Assembly (NCBI GenBank): GCA_902524795.1
Contig: CABZEU010000002.1
Coordinates: forward strand, 32,023-96,022
Source: an uncultured Pelagibacteraceae bacterium
Lineage (GTDB): Bacteria > Pseudomonadota > Alphaproteobacteria > Pelagibacterales > AG-422-B15
Length of the DNA stretch: 64,000 bases
Direction of reading: 5' to 3'
Below the pieces are notes generated by a model, which made no database searches, was not told the DNA's origin, and saw nothing but the letters and a program-made list of their open reading frames with translations. A program made the position numbers and the translations under genes. Within the stretch, counting starts at the first letter, position 1; every line of letters begins with the position of its first letter. Shown piece after piece: positions 31,336 to 42,371 of the stretch.

Positions 31336-33807
31336 GTGAGTAAAAAACTTTTATTTTTATATATCACGTTTTCAGTCTTAGCGGTGATTATTCTGTTAGT
31401 TTTCGGCCTCACTGCCAAGGTAATCTTTGGGGGGTTAAATGTAAATTTTTTAGAGCAAAGACTATCATCATACTTAAAGAATGAATATGAAATCAATCTG
31501 AATTCTGATGACTTTGTATTAATGTATAGTCAAGACAAAGATTTATATATTGAAGTTTCAAAAGCAGATTTATCCTTTAGTGATAAAACATCATTTAGCG
31601 CAAATCAAATCATAATTGATTTTGATCTAAATGATCTTTTTTTTAATAATGAAGATCAGTTTTTAATAGTAATGATTGACGAGATTGCTATCAAAGCAGT
31701 TCTTCTCAGTAATGACATCGTCTTACAGGGAAGCATATTAGAAATAAAAGCTAATTCTCTTAGAAACATTCAGAATTCAAATGTTTCTATGTCATCAGTT
31801 TTAGTGACCGGCAATAAAGTGTTTAATGAAAAATTTGATTTTGACTTTACTTATGATTTTCTAGATAGGGAATTAGAAATTTTAGGCTTTAATTATGGGG
31901 ATTTATTTATATCTGGACCAAGTTATGTAAAATTCAACTCAGAAAAAAAATTATGGCAAAAAAAATTAGAAATAAGAGCGAAAAAAGAGCCAATCAAGAA
32001 ACTTCTAAATATATCTAATAACAAAGAATTAGATAGAGCTTTTTCAGGTTTTATTGGTTGGCAGTCTTTTTTATTGACATCAGAATTCAAGTTTACGAAT
32101 AAATCACTTTTAAAAGATTTTATTGAAGGAATGAAATTAAAGCTTTCTGGTATTTATCAACTAAAAGAGATCTTGCCAACGAATGAATTTTATAAAAATT
32201 TTGGAAACGTTACTTCTTATAATATCGATATAGAGAAGCTTCATGATCAATTTAAAATAACAATTTTAAATTTTAAAAATGATAAAGTCACTTTCAAAAA
32301 TGGAAGTTATTTAATTGTAGATGACAACTTGCAGGATTCGAATGTAAATTTGATAAGCTCAGTAAGTAAAACAGCAGTTACAGATTATATAAAGAAATCA
32401 ATTTTGACAAGAGAGGGAAATACAAATAAAGCATTAGATTTTTTTATGAAAAATTTAAACGAAGAAAATAACTTAGTAATAAGTTTTAACTTTAATCCAT
32501 CATCAAATGATATTGAGAGTTCAATTATAGACTTAAAAATTGCATCACAAGGAACTATTAATTCTAATTTTATATTTGATAACAATAAAAGTCCAAATTA
32601 TACATCTGGATCAATAAACTATGATATTCAAATAAATAACTTTTTAAGGGAAATTCCAATAATACAAGGTGAGTTAGATTTAACGAATATTAACGCCTTT
32701 ATCAGACAAATAAATCTAAAAAAATTAGACAACGAAACCTTAAAAATTAAATTTAATTCAAATATACAAGACAATATTGATAGTGAGATAACTTTCAAGT
32801 CTATTGATAGCCAAATTGAATTAGATGGAAAAATAAGAATATCTAAGACAAACCATCTCTATCTCGACTCATTAAAACTAAACAACGGTCAAAATGTGAA
32901 AATTGATATTACAGGTGATTTGTCTGAGCGAATATTGAACCTTTCAATTTATGGGGAAATGATAGACTTGTCGATGAATAAGATTTCTACTAATATAAGC
33001 ATTGAAGAACACTATCTTTTAAAAGAGAATTATAAAATAAAAACAGATAAGGCAATTTTCGCAGACGGAGTGAAAGTTGATGATTTTAAGGCAGGAATAA
33101 TAAAACAAGGTGAGCTTTTATCAGTAAATAGTAAAGCTCGAGTCAATGATCATACTTTAGATTACTCGCGGGAAAAGAACAAAAAAGTTGATATTAATCT
33201 CATAAGTTCAAGCGATATCACACATTTTGTAAATAACAGTCATCCCGCTAAAAAACTTTTAAGTGATGGGGAGTTAAAAATGAAGTCTGTTCGTGATTTG
33301 AGTACAATGAATGCTAGAATTGATATTGATCTAAAAGATTTTGTGTTAATAAATTCACCTGCTTCATTGAAAATCTTATCACTTCCATCAATTTCAGGTT
33401 TGGTTAGCATTGCAGAGGGAGAAGAAGGCATCCGGTTTGGTTACGGTAAAATTAGTTATACTGAAAATGAAAAATTATTTAACAATATTGATGCATTCGC
33501 AGTAAGTGACAGTATTGGCTTGGTCATGGATGGTGAAATTCAAAGAGAGAAATCAATAGTTGATATGTCTGGAGAAATAAGTCCTATGTATTTAGTTAAT
33601 GCTATAATTCAGAATGTGCCAATTTTAGGGCCTATTATTATTGGTGATGAGGGGGAAGGGCTATTTTCTATTGACTTTAGTTTAAAGGGTGATGTTGAAG
33701 ATCCAGAAGTCTCTTCCAACCCACTCACGATAATTAAGCCTCGTATTATTGAAAGAGCATTAGAAACAATAAACTCAAATCAAGTTATTCAATGGCAACA
33801 ACCCTAA
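31336..33807 (+). CDS. large envelope protein with N-terminal TM anchor, AsmA/YhdP-like (DUF3971-type) by C-terminal resemblance
   Basis: 823 aa with a GTG start 5 nt after prfB. One N-terminal TM helix, an N/K/S-rich body, and a C-terminus ...NVPILGPIIIGDEGEGLFSIDFSLKGDVEDPEVSSNPLT... that resembles AsmA-like tails. Confidence 0.45.
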   Translation: MSKKLLFLYITFSVLAVIILLVFGLTAKVIFGGLNVNFLEQRLSSYLKNEYEINLNSDDFVLMYSQDKDLYIEVSKADLSFSDKTSFSANQIIIDFDLNDLFFNNEDQFLIVMIDEIAIKAVLLSNDIVLQGSILEIKANSLRNIQNSNVSMSSVLVTGNKVFNEKFDFDFTYDFLDRELEILGFNYGDLFISGPSYVKFNSEKKLWQKKLEIRAKKEPIKKLLNISNNKELDRAFSGFIGWQSFLLTSEFKFTNKSLLKDFIEGMKLKLSGIYQLKEILPTNEFYKNFGNVTSYNIDIEKLHDQFKITILNFKNDKVTFKNGSYLIVDDNLQDSNVNLISSVSKTAVTDYIKKSILTREGNTNKALDFFMKNLNEENNLVISFNFNPSSNDIESSIIDLKIASQGTINSNFIFDNNKSPNYTSGSINYDIQINNFLREIPIIQGELDLTNINAFIRQINLKKLDNETLKIKFNSNIQDNIDSEITFKSIDSQIELDGKIRISKTNHLYLDSLKLNNGQNVKIDITGDLSERILNLSIYGEMIDLSMNKISTNISIEEHYLLKENYKIKTDKAIFADGVKVDDFKAGIIKQGELLSVNSKARVNDHTLDYSREKNKKVDINLISSSDITHFVNNSHPAKKLLSDGELKMKSVRDLSTMNARIDIDLKDFVLINSPASLKILSLPSISGLVSIAEGEEGIRFGYGKISYTENEKLFNNIDAFAVSDSIGLVMDGEIQREKSIVDMSGEISPMYLVNAIIQNVPILGPIIIGDEGEGLFSIDFSLKGDVEDPEVSSNPLTIIKPRIIERALETINSNQVIQWQQP

Positions 33808-35026
33808 AGTATTTTTTTTTGCCAACGCTGATGACAAGTCCACCTGAGCTTTTGCGTAGCAATGCATTAACTGAAAAAAACTCATCTTTTATAAGATTCT
33901 TATCAATCTTCACAGCATTGCCACGTATAAGTTTTCTGCTAGAAGATTTTGAGGATGCAAAGTTTATTCTTAAAATAAGGTCAGAAAGTAGAATATCATT
34001 ATTTAATTCTTCAGATCCTAGTTTTATTGTAGGCAAATCTGTTGACAAATCATTATCTGCAAAAATATTCTTTGCTGTTTCTTCAGATTTTTTTGCCTTA
34101 TCAAGACCATGGAGCATAGTAGTGGCCTCGTTGGCTAATACTATTTTCATTTCATTTACATTCTCTATATTTTCTTTTTCAATAGCCTCAATTTCTTTTT
34201 TACTTAGATCAGTAAATAGTTTCAAAAACCTTATAACGTCTCGGTCGTCTACGTTTCTCCAAAACTGCCAATAATCATAAGCAGACAACATATCTTCATT
34301 GAGCCATACGGCCCCGTCAGCTGTTTTACCCATTTTATCTCCATTTGCATTAGTCAATAAAGGTGTAGTTAATCCAAATGTTTCTTTACCACTTACTTTT
34401 CTTATTAACTCAACGCCATTTATGATGTTACCCCACTGATCTGATCCACCTATCTGAAGTATACAGTTGTCTCTATTGCTTAATTCAAAGAAATCGTATG
34501 CTTGAAATATCATATAGTTAAACTCAACAAAATTAAGTGACTGTTCTCTATCAAGTCTGATTTTAACACTATCAAAACTTAACATTTTATTAATTGTAAA
34601 ATGTTTTCCATAATCTCTAAGGAAATTGACATAATTTAGTTTATCTAACCATTCAGAATTATCTCTAGTTATCCATTTAGACTCATTATTATCTGATGTA
34701 AGAAATCTATCAAAGACCTGCCGCAGATTTTCTGCATTTGAGTCTATTTCATCATCAGATAAAATTCTTCTTGTTTCGTCTTTGCCTGACGGATCTCCAA
34801 TTCGCGTTGTACCTTTTCCGATAAGAACAATTGGTGTATGGCCATATTTTTGAAATAGTCTCATAATCATTATTTGAATAAGACTGCCTACATGTAAGGA
34901 CTTAGCTGTACAATCAAAACCAATGTAAAATTTTATTTTATTAGAATTAATTATTTTATTCAAAGTTTCTTCATTAGTGCATTGATTTAGGAAACCACGA
35001 AATTTTAATTCTTCAATTAATGTCAT
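33785..35026 (-). CDS. tyrS: tyrosine--tRNA ligase
   Basis: 413 aa with HVGSL (HIGH) and KMGKT (KMSKS) motifs and an S4-like C-terminus. Confidence 0.93.
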   Translation of the reverse strand: MTLIEELKFRGFLNQCTNEETLNKIINSNKIKFYIGFDCTAKSLHVGSLIQIMIMRLFQKYGHTPIVLIGKGTTRIGDPSGKDETRRILSDDEIDSNAENLRQVFDRFLTSDNNESKWITRDNSEWLDKLNYVNFLRDYGKHFTINKMLSFDSVKIRLDREQSLNFVEFNYMIFQAYDFFELSNRDNCILQIGGSDQWGNIINGVELIRKVSGKETFGLTTPLLTNANGDKMGKTADGAVWLNEDMLSAYDYWQFWRNVDDRDVIRFLKLFTDLSKKEIEAIEKENIENVNEMKIVLANEATTMLHGLDKAKKSEETAKNIFADNDLSTDLPTIKLGSEELNNDILLSDLILRINFASSKSSSRKLIRGNAVKIDKNLIKDEFFSVNALLRKSSGGLVISVGKKKYFRVVAIE

Positions 35027-35079
35027 TTTATTTATTTTTCATTAATATATAAATTATTTGCAATGATTATACAAAATAT

Positions 35080-36162
35080 ATGATTAAGAGTAAGTTTTTA
35101 GCTGTTGGCGTAATGAGCGGCACCTCTATGGATGGCATTGATATTTCTCTTATTTTATCAGACGGTAAAAAATCGTATAAACATATTAAATCAAAGTTTT
35201 ATAATTATAGGAAATCTACTAAAAGAATTTTATTAAAACTGGTAGATTCGTTTACTACCTCGAAGCACTCAATAGTTCTTATTAGTAACGCTGAAGAATT
35301 AGTGACTTTTGAATTTATTGCTGCACTTAAGGATTTTCTAAAAGATGAGAATTTATCAAAGATAGATCTGATCGCATTACATGGTCAAACCATATTTCAT
35401 GACCCGATAAATAAATCATCAATACAACTTTGTGATGAACTAAAAATTAAAAGTAGTTTTAAATTATCTATTGTAAGTGATTTCAGACAAAAAGATTTGT
35501 CTTTGGGGGGGCAAGGTGCTCCACTCACTCCAATATTTCATAAATTACTTATGTTAGAGTTAAAAATGACTTCACCAGCATGTTTTGTCAATATTGGCGG
35601 AATATCCAACATAACAGTTATAGATAATCAAAAATATATTTATGCTTATGACACTGGTCCAGGCATGTGTCTTCTAGATCAATACATGACTCTAAAGAAA
35701 AAAATTAACTTTGATAAAGATGGTAAACATTCTTTAGAAGGGAAGGCAAATCGAAAAATTCTCAATAAATTAATGAGTGATAAATATTTTCGTGAAAAAA
35801 AGAATAAATCTTTAGATCGTAATTATTTTTCTCTCAATCCATTTATGAAACTAAATTTTAATGATGCTTGTGCAACAATTTCAGCATTTACTGCTCTCAC
35901 CATAATAAAGGAGGCTAATAGATTTAATGCGAAATATTTAATTGTATCAGGCGGTGGATCAAAAAATAAATACATGATTGATTTGATGCAGGAGACTTTT
36001 AGGGGCAAATTATTTACCGCTGATCATTTAAATTTAAATTCAGATTTTATTGAGTCACAGGCATTCGCTTATTTAGGCATCAGAAGAATTAAAAACCTCC
36101 CAATCTCATTTCCTAGTACTACTGGAGTAAAATATGCTGTAACGGGTGGTAAGGTAAATTAA
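35080..36162 (+). CDS. anmK: anhydro-N-acetylmuramic acid kinase
   Basis: 360 aa with the GVMSGTSMDGIDI N-terminal motif and the SLGGQGAPL motif. Confidence 0.88.
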   Translation: MIKSKFLAVGVMSGTSMDGIDISLILSDGKKSYKHIKSKFYNYRKSTKRILLKLVDSFTTSKHSIVLISNAEELVTFEFIAALKDFLKDENLSKIDLIALHGQTIFHDPINKSSIQLCDELKIKSSFKLSIVSDFRQKDLSLGGQGAPLTPIFHKLLMLELKMTSPACFVNIGGISNITVIDNQKYIYAYDTGPGMCLLDQYMTLKKKINFDKDGKHSLEGKANRKILNKLMSDKYFREKKNKSLDRNYFSLNPFMKLNFNDACATISAFTALTIIKEANRFNAKYLIVSGGGSKNKYMIDLMQETFRGKLFTADHLNLNSDFIESQAFAYLGIRRIKNLPISFPSTTGVKYAVTGGKVN

Positions 36163-36825
36163 TTATCGATATTTAGAGTTCAACTCTTTTTCAATGTACT
36201 TTCTTACAACTTTTTCTAATCTATCTTGTTCGTTATCGTAAAAATGATTTGCTCCAGAAATTTCTTCATAATCTACTGTGATATTTTTCTGTGATTTTAA
36301 TTTTTCTGCTAGTCGAGCAGTTTCTTCTGGCGCGACCATTTCATCTTTTTTACCTTGCACAATTAATCCTGAAGCTGGACAAGGTGCTAAAAAATTGAAG
36401 TCGTAAAGATTTGGTTGTGGCGATACGCTTATAAATCTTGTGATTTCTGGTCTTCTCATTAGTAATTGCATGCAAAGTAATGCTCCAAATGAAAAACCTG
36501 CTACCCAACATTGATTTGTATTAGGATTTTGTCTCTGTATCCAATCTAACCCTGCTGCAGCATCTGCAAGTTCTCCAAGCCCATTATCGAATTTACCTTC
36601 ACTTTTCCCAACACCCCTTAGGTTAAATCTGAAAATAGAAAAACCCAATGAGTCAAATATAGAGAATAAGTCCATTACAATTGGGTTATTCATAGTTCCT
36701 CCATATAGAGGATGGGGATGAATAATAAGAGCTACTGGAGGATTTAAAGACTGACCCTTTTTATACTTACCTACGAGTTTGCCATCAGGACCAGTAAAAA
36801 CCACTTCTTTAACTTGATTATTCAT
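36163..36825 (-). CDS. alpha/beta hydrolase family protein
   Basis: 220 aa with the nucleophile elbow GFSFGA and a C-terminal ...GANHFY... His. Its stop abuts the anmK stop with no gap. Confidence 0.7.
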   Translation of the reverse strand: MNNQVKEVVFTGPDGKLVGKYKKGQSLNPPVALIIHPHPLYGGTMNNPIVMDLFSIFDSLGFSIFRFNLRGVGKSEGKFDNGLGELADAAAGLDWIQRQNPNTNQCWVAGFSFGALLCMQLLMRRPEITRFISVSPQPNLYDFNFLAPCPASGLIVQGKKDEMVAPEETARLAEKLKSQKNITVDYEEISGANHFYDNEQDRLEKVVRKYIEKELNSKYR

Positions 36826-36838
36826 ATTTTAGGACTAG

Positions 36839-36863
36839 ATAGTTGACTAAATTAGTAGGTTAT
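36839..36863 (+). promoter_or_regulatory. IscR type-1-like operator upstream of cysE-iscR-suf
   Basis: ATAGTTGACTAAATTAGTAGGTTAT against the type-1 consensus ATASYYGACTRWWWYAGTCRRSTAT gives 23 of 25 positions compatible by my alignment. It contains a TTGACT -35-like hexamer (36843..36848) and lies 64 nt upstream of the cysE ATG. Confidence 0.5.
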
Positions 36864-36926
36864 TATATGTAACCACTGAGACGGTATACTAAATTTGTTA
36901 TTTAAAATTCAAGGCTTTTTTTTAAA

Positions 36927-37604
36927 ATGAGTAAAATCATTGATTTAATTGACTCTTATATTGAAAGAGACCCAGCAGCAAAAGGAAGAATAGAGGTGTT
37001 TATTACCTCTCCAGGCCTACATGCTATTGGCATATATCGCCTGTCTAATTTCTTATGGTCTTTAAGGCTCCAATTTTTTGCAAAGGTAGTTTCTTATCTA
37101 GGTAGGTTGATAACTGGAATCGAAATCCACCCTGGCTCAAAAATAGGAGCTCGTTTCTTTATAGATCATGGAATGGGAGTAGTGATTGGTGAAACTGCTG
37201 AAATAGGTAATGATGTTACAATATATCATGGCGTTACTCTTGGAGGTATTTCTCCAAATGAAGATAGTGCAAGTCAAAAAGAAAAAAAAAGACATCCAAC
37301 ACTAGAAGATAAAGTGACTGTGGGATCTGGTGCTCAGATCTTGGGACCCATTACAATAGGACAAAATTCAAAGGTTGGTTCAAACTCTGTTGTTACAACA
37401 AATGTTGATCCTAATAGAAGTGTAATCGGAAACCCTGCAAGATATACAATAGTTGCGAATTCTACTGGGAAGAAAAAATTTAGAGCTTACGGGTTAAGTA
37501 AGGGTGATGACAGCAGGACTGCAATTGTAGATCAAATTCAAAAAGATAACAAAGAGCTTCAAGAAAGAATTGCAGACTTAGAGAAAATAATAAAGGAAAA
37601 GTAA
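36927..37604 (+). CDS. cysE: serine O-acetyltransferase
   Basis: 225 aa with the hexapeptide-repeat core [28 protein letters not shown]. Confidence 0.88.
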   Translation: MSKIIDLIDSYIERDPAAKGRIEVFITSPGLHAIGIYRLSNFLWSLRLQFFAKVVSYLGRLITGIEIHPGSKIGARFFIDHGMGVVIGETAEIGNDVTIYHGVTLGGISPNEDSASQKEKKRHPTLEDKVTVGSGAQILGPITIGQNSKVGSNSVVTTNVDPNRSVIGNPARYTIVANSTGKKKFRAYGLSKGDDSRTAIVDQIQKDNKELQERIADLEKIIKEK

Positions 37605-38048
37605 ATGAAAATTACATCTAAAGGAAGATACGCAGTTTTAGCGATGGTGGATATAGCCAAGTTTGGTGAAAATACTCCGTGTAACTTGTCTCACGTTTCA
37701 GTCAGGCAAAATATTTCACTTTCATATCTTGAGCAAATTTTTAACGATTTAAAGCGAGCAAATCTCGTTAAAAGCCAGAAGGGCCCCGGTGGAGGCTATA
37801 AGCTTAATAAAGAGTCAAATGAAATTAGAATACTTGATATTTTTAATGCTATTGATGAGCAAATAAAAACCACTGGTTGTGGTAATGACCCAAAATCCTC
37901 TTGTTCGGGTACTGGTAAAAAATGCTTAACGCACAATTTCTGGGAAAATTTAGAGGGTGTAATTGGAAATTATCTAAACTCGGTCTATTTAAGTGATCTA
38001 ACCGAAGGATACAGTATTTCTGGTGAGAGGAGAGCGATAAGTGAATAA
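37605..38048 (+). CDS. iscR: Rrf2-family Fe-S cluster regulator (IscR-like)
   Basis: 147 aa with [18 protein letters not shown] (Rrf2 wHTH) and a three-Cys cluster-ligand segment [16 protein letters not shown]. Directly precedes sufB. Confidence 0.82.
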   Translation: MKITSKGRYAVLAMVDIAKFGENTPCNLSHVSVRQNISLSYLEQIFNDLKRANLVKSQKGPGGGYKLNKESNEIRILDIFNAIDEQIKTTGCGNDPKSSCSGTGKKCLTHNFWENLEGVIGNYLNSVYLSDLTEGYSISGERRAISE

Positions 38049-39483
38049 AATAAATAAAGATAATTTTAAGCAAGATGCTTATAAATATGGATTCGTAACT
38101 GAAATTGAAGATGAAAAAATTCCAAAAGGTCTTAATAAAGAAGTAATTAAGTTAATTTCTCGTAAAAAAAATGAACCTAAATGGATGCTTGAATGGAGAC
38201 TAGCTGCTTATGAGCGCTTGAAAAGCATGGAGGTACCAAAATGGGCTCGTGCAAATATAGCTGAAATTGATTTTCAAGATTTATATTACTATTCATCACC
38301 CAAAGATTTTAAAGATAAGCCTAAATCTCTTGAAGATGTAGATCCTAAGCTCTTAGAAACGTATGAGAAATTAGGAATTCCATTAAAAGAGCAAGAAGCA
38401 TTAGCCGGTGTAGCGGTAGACGCTGTTTTTGACAGCGTATCAGTTGCAACCACTTTTAAAGAAAAGTTGAATGAAATAGGGGTCATATTTTGTCCAATTT
38501 CTGAGGCAATACAAAAGCACCCTGATTTAGTTAAAAAATATATTGGCTCAGTAATTCCTGTAACAGATCATTTTTATGCAACTTTAAATTCAGCGGTATT
38601 TAGTGATGGATCGTTTGTTTACATACCTAAAAATGTTAAATGCCCTATGGAACTTTCAACATACTTCAGAATCAATGCCTCAGAAACAGGTCAATTTGAG
38701 AGAACATTGATAATTGCAGATGAAGGTAGTTACGTTAGTTATCTTGAGGGTTGCACAGCTCCAATGAGGGATGAAAACCAATTGCATGCAGCAAATGTTG
38801 AATTGGTAGCGCTTGATAATGCAGAAATTAAGTATTCAACAGTTCAGAATTGGTATCCGGGAGACGAAGATGGCAAAGGTGGGATATACAATTTTGTCAC
38901 TAAAAGAGGTCTCTGCAAAGGAAACAACTCAAAAATATCATGGACACAAATCGAAACAGGGTCTGCGATAACATGGAAGTACCCAAGTTGTATTTTAAGA
39001 GGTGATAATTCAACCGGTGAGTTTTATTCGGTTGCAATAACCAATAATCATCAGCAAGCTGATACAGGCACTAAAATGATTCATTTAGGCAAAAATACTA
39101 AGAGTAGAATTGTCTCAAAGGGAATTTCAGCAGGTAAGTCCTCAAATACATATAGAGGTTTAGTTAATTTTCATAGAAAAGCTGAAAATTCTAAAAACTT
39201 TACTCAATGCGACTCCTTGCTTGTAGGCAGTAATTGCAAAGCTAATACTATTCCTCTTACAGAAAATAATTCCAATACCTCATCATTAGAGCACGAGGCT
39301 ACAACTTCTAAAATAAGTGACGATCAATTATTTTATTGTATGCAAAGAGGTCTGGACGCTGAAGAAGCGCAAAGTTTAATTGTTAATGGTTTTTGCAAAG
39401 AAGTATTGCAACAACTTCCAATGGAATTTGCGGTAGAAGCTCAAAAACTTGTTAGCATAAGTCTTGAAGGAAGCGTTGGATAA
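38041..39483 (+). CDS. sufB: Fe-S cluster assembly scaffold SufB
   Basis: 480 aa, first of the sufBCD order. The conserved C-terminal ...[20 protein letters not shown]... is typical of SufB. GTG start overlaps the iscR stop. Confidence 0.9.
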   Translation: MNKINKDNFKQDAYKYGFVTEIEDEKIPKGLNKEVIKLISRKKNEPKWMLEWRLAAYERLKSMEVPKWARANIAEIDFQDLYYYSSPKDFKDKPKSLEDVDPKLLETYEKLGIPLKEQEALAGVAVDAVFDSVSVATTFKEKLNEIGVIFCPISEAIQKHPDLVKKYIGSVIPVTDHFYATLNSAVFSDGSFVYIPKNVKCPMELSTYFRINASETGQFERTLIIADEGSYVSYLEGCTAPMRDENQLHAANVELVALDNAEIKYSTVQNWYPGDEDGKGGIYNFVTKRGLCKGNNSKISWTQIETGSAITWKYPSCILRGDNSTGEFYSVAITNNHQQADTGTKMIHLGKNTKSRIVSKGISAGKSSNTYRGLVNFHRKAENSKNFTQCDSLLVGSNCKANTIPLTENNSNTSSLEHEATTSKISDDQLFYCMQRGLDAEEAQSLIVNGFCKEVLQQLPMEFAVEAQKLVSISLEGSVG

Positions 39484-39484
39484 T

Positions 39485-40219
39485 ATGTTAGAAATTAAAA
39501 ATCTAGACGTATCGGTTGAAAATAAACAGATTATCAAAAATCTAAATTTAAAAATTGGTCCAGGTGAAATTCATGCAATTATGGGTCCTAATGGTTCTGG
39601 TAAAAGTACAATAGCACATACATTAGCTGGAAAGCCTAATTATTTAGTTGAAGCTGGAAATGTAGATTTCAAAAACGAAGACCTTATAGCAAAAGATCCT
39701 TATGAAAGATCGCTGCTTGGGTTGTTTTTGGCTTTTCAGTATCCAATAGAGCTGCCCGGTGTTACTAATGCATCTTATCTAAAGCAAATTCTAAACGCGC
39801 ACAGAAAATCTCGTGGAGAAAACCCAATAGATGCGGGTGAGTTTTTGAAAATACTAAAAGAAAAATCAAGAAACTTAAATATTCCTATGGAAATGCACAG
39901 CAGATTTGTAAATGCAGGATTTTCAGGTGGAGAAAAAAAGAAAAATGAGGTACTTCAAATGGACTTGCTTGACCCAAGTTTAATAATAATGGATGAGACC
40001 GACTCAGGATTAGATGTTGACGCTCTTAAAAGTACTTCAGAAGCTGTAAATAAGCTGAGAGACGGAAAAAGGTCATTCTTAATCATAACTCACTACTTGA
40101 GACTGTTAGAATATATCGAGCCTGATCATGTCCACGTTTTTGGTGATGGATCTATAATAGAGTCTGGAGATAAATCTTTAGCTTCAAGAATAGATAATGA
40201 AGGGTATAAAGTTAAATGA
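39485..40219 (+). CDS. sufC: Fe-S cluster assembly ATPase SufC
   Basis: MLEIKNLDV..., Walker A GPNGSGKST, FSGGEKKKNE signature. ATG at 39485 preferred over the track start 39464. Confidence 0.92.
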   Translation: MLEIKNLDVSVENKQIIKNLNLKIGPGEIHAIMGPNGSGKSTIAHTLAGKPNYLVEAGNVDFKNEDLIAKDPYERSLLGLFLAFQYPIELPGVTNASYLKQILNAHRKSRGENPIDAGEFLKILKEKSRNLNIPMEMHSRFVNAGFSGGEKKKNEVLQMDLLDPSLIIMDETDSGLDVDALKSTSEAVNKLRDGKRSFLIITHYLRLLEYIEPDHVHVFGDGSIIESGDKSLASRIDNEGYKVK

Positions 40220-41136
40220 AGTTAGTTAGCTCTTTAGATTGTATTATAGAAATATCTGAAAAGATTAATATTCAGAATCCTTATGATGAAATTAAGATAA
40301 ACTGTTCAAACGATTATCACAGTCCCATTATTGATATTGAAATTAAAAGATCTAAAATCAATAGTCGTATTCATTTAACTTGTGATGAAAAGCAAGATGT
40401 CATAGCAACTATCAATCTTCAAATACACGATAATGCTACACTAGAGTTTATAGATGAAGCAAATTATGAAGGCGCTACTGAAATTAAAATGAATACCATT
40501 ATGAGACCAAATGCTGTATTTGAATTATATAGATTTAACAAATTTAATGTATCAACAAAGAATTCTTTTCTTCACAATTGTGATCTTCAATCAAACTGTA
40601 TTTTCAGAGATTTTAACTTCTCAAATGGCTCAAAAGAAATGTTTAATAGTACTAAAATTTCATTAAACGAAAAAAATTCTAAATATATTGGTAGTGGGGT
40701 GGTGATTGCAGATTCTACTAACTGTAAAAATCAACTTGATATTTCTCATATGTCACAGTCGGCTATATCTGATTGTTCTTTTAAAACTGTTTCAAGAGGT
40801 AAATCTAATGTCTCATTTAAAGGAAAGGTTTTTGTAGATGACGATTGTTCAGACACGGTATCTAGTCAAATAAGTAAAGGTTTAGTTATGTCTGATGAGT
40901 CAAAAATAAATTTAACTCCAATCTTAGAAATTAATAATGATGATGTCGTTTGTTCTCATGGGGCTGCTTCTGGTAAACCAGACGATTCAGTACTTTTTTA
41001 CCTAGCTTCGCGAGGTATAGAAAAGAACGATGCAGAAAAATTATATATGCAGGGTTTTCTGAGTGAATTTTTAAATAAAATTGAAAATGTACAAATGCAA
41101 TCCAAAGCAAGGGATTACATTAACCAAAATTGCTAA
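40216..41136 (+). CDS. sufD: Fe-S cluster assembly protein SufD (short, 306 aa)
   Basis: Position between sufC and sufS. The C-terminal ...CSHGAASGKPDDSVLFYLASRGI...A..L...GF is SufD-like. ATGA overlap with sufC. Confidence 0.78.
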   Translation: MKLVSSLDCIIEISEKINIQNPYDEIKINCSNDYHSPIIDIEIKRSKINSRIHLTCDEKQDVIATINLQIHDNATLEFIDEANYEGATEIKMNTIMRPNAVFELYRFNKFNVSTKNSFLHNCDLQSNCIFRDFNFSNGSKEMFNSTKISLNEKNSKYIGSGVVIADSTNCKNQLDISHMSQSAISDCSFKTVSRGKSNVSFKGKVFVDDDCSDTVSSQISKGLVMSDESKINLTPILEINNDDVVCSHGAASGKPDDSVLFYLASRGIEKNDAEKLYMQGFLSEFLNKIENVQMQSKARDYINQNC

Positions 41137-41138
41137 AA

Positions 41139-42371
41139 ATGAATAAAGATAAAACTTTACATAAAGATATTAGGAAAGATTTTCCTATTCTTTCTAAAAA
41201 AATTCTTAAGACAAAGGATTTAGTATACTTTGATACAGCGGCTTCTGCGCAAAAGCCACAAGTAGTCATTGATGAATTAAATCAATTCTACGAAAGTCAC
41301 TACTCAAATGTAAGTAGAGGTGTTCATACGCTGTCAGTAGAATCAACTTTACGGTATGAAGATGCTAGAAAAAAGGTACAAAATTTCATAAACGCTAAAT
41401 CAGAGAATGAAATAATTTTCACAAAAAGTGCAACAGAGAGCATAAATCTTGTAGCGCAAACATTTTACGACAAATATATGAGTGCTGGAGATGAAATTAT
41501 ACTATCTCTAATGGAACATCACTCAAATTTAATACCTTGGTATTTTTTAAGAGATAAATACGGAGTGGTAATTAAATTTGCAAACATAACTGAGTCCGGA
41601 GAGATTGATGTTAATCACTTTGAAAGTCTTATAACTCCTAAAACTAAAATTGCCGCCTTGACTCATCTTTCCAATGTGTATGGTAGTAAGATTGACGAAA
41701 AAGTCTCAAGTATTTGTAAAAGAAATAATGTAGCAATTTTATTAGACGGATGTCAGTCAGCTGCGCACTTAAAAATTGATGTACAAAAACTTGAATGTGA
41801 TTTTTTTGTATTTTCAGGTCATAAAACTTATGGACCATCAGGCATTGGGGTTCTCTATGGAAAGGAGAATCTTTTAAATGAAATGCCCCCTTACCAAGGT
41901 GGTGGAGGAATGATTGGAGAAGTAACAACTAATAAAGTTTCTTTCGCTGAATTACCTGCAAAATATGAGGCAGGTACACCTGCAATTGCTGAGGCTCATG
42001 GCTTGGGTATAGCGATAGACTATATGAATAATATAGGCATAGAAAACATAATTAATCATGAAGAAGAGTTAACTAAATATGCTTATGAAAAAATTAGTGA
42101 ACTTGACTTTGTTAAAATATATGGGGATGGAGATAATAGGAATTCAATTATTTCATTTAATATAGAAAATATTCATTCGCATGAAGTTTCTTCATTTTTA
42201 GATGTAGAGGGAATTGCAGTAAGAGCAGGGCATCATTGCTGCCAGCCACTCATGAAACATCTGGGTGTCAACTCAACATCTAGATTATCTTTTGGGATGT
42301 ATAACACGATTGAAGAAGTTGATATTTTTATAAATGCATTAATTAAATGTAAGGAATTTTTTATAAAATGA
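41139..42371 (+). CDS. sufS: cysteine desulfurase SufS
   Basis: PLP-lysine region FSGHKTYGPSGIG and catalytic Cys region RAGHHCCQP. ATG at 41139 (track TTG at 41130). Confidence 0.92.
   Translation: MNKDKTLHKDIRKDFPILSKKILKTKDLVYFDTAASAQKPQVVIDELNQFYESHYSNVSRGVHTLSVESTLRYEDARKKVQNFINAKSENEIIFTKSATESINLVAQTFYDKYMSAGDEIILSLMEHHSNLIPWYFLRDKYGVVIKFANITESGEIDVNHFESLITPKTKIAALTHLSNVYGSKIDEKVSSICKRNNVAILLDGCQSAAHLKIDVQKLECDFFVFSGHKTYGPSGIGVLYGKENLLNEMPPYQGGGGMIGEVTTNKVSFAELPAKYEAGTPAIAEAHGLGIAIDYMNNIGIENIINHEEELTKYAYEKISELDFVKIYGDGDNRNSIISFNIENIHSHEVSSFLDVEGIAVRAGHHCCQPLMKHLGVNSTSRLSFGMYNTIEEVDIFINALIKCKEFFIK

Noticed and set aside
33792-34274. 160-aa plus-strand ORF inside tyrS. Similar long antisense ORFs occur at 42712..43212 (166 aa, opposite sufU/msrB), 60516..60947 (143 aa, opposite the CoA ligase), 11928..12245 and 8521..8835.
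   Set aside because: All lie antisense to genes with strong family motifs. Their products are low-complexity S/F/L/I-rich strings, as expected from reading K/E/N-rich codons backwards. They have no SD or independent context, so I treat them as shadow ORFs.
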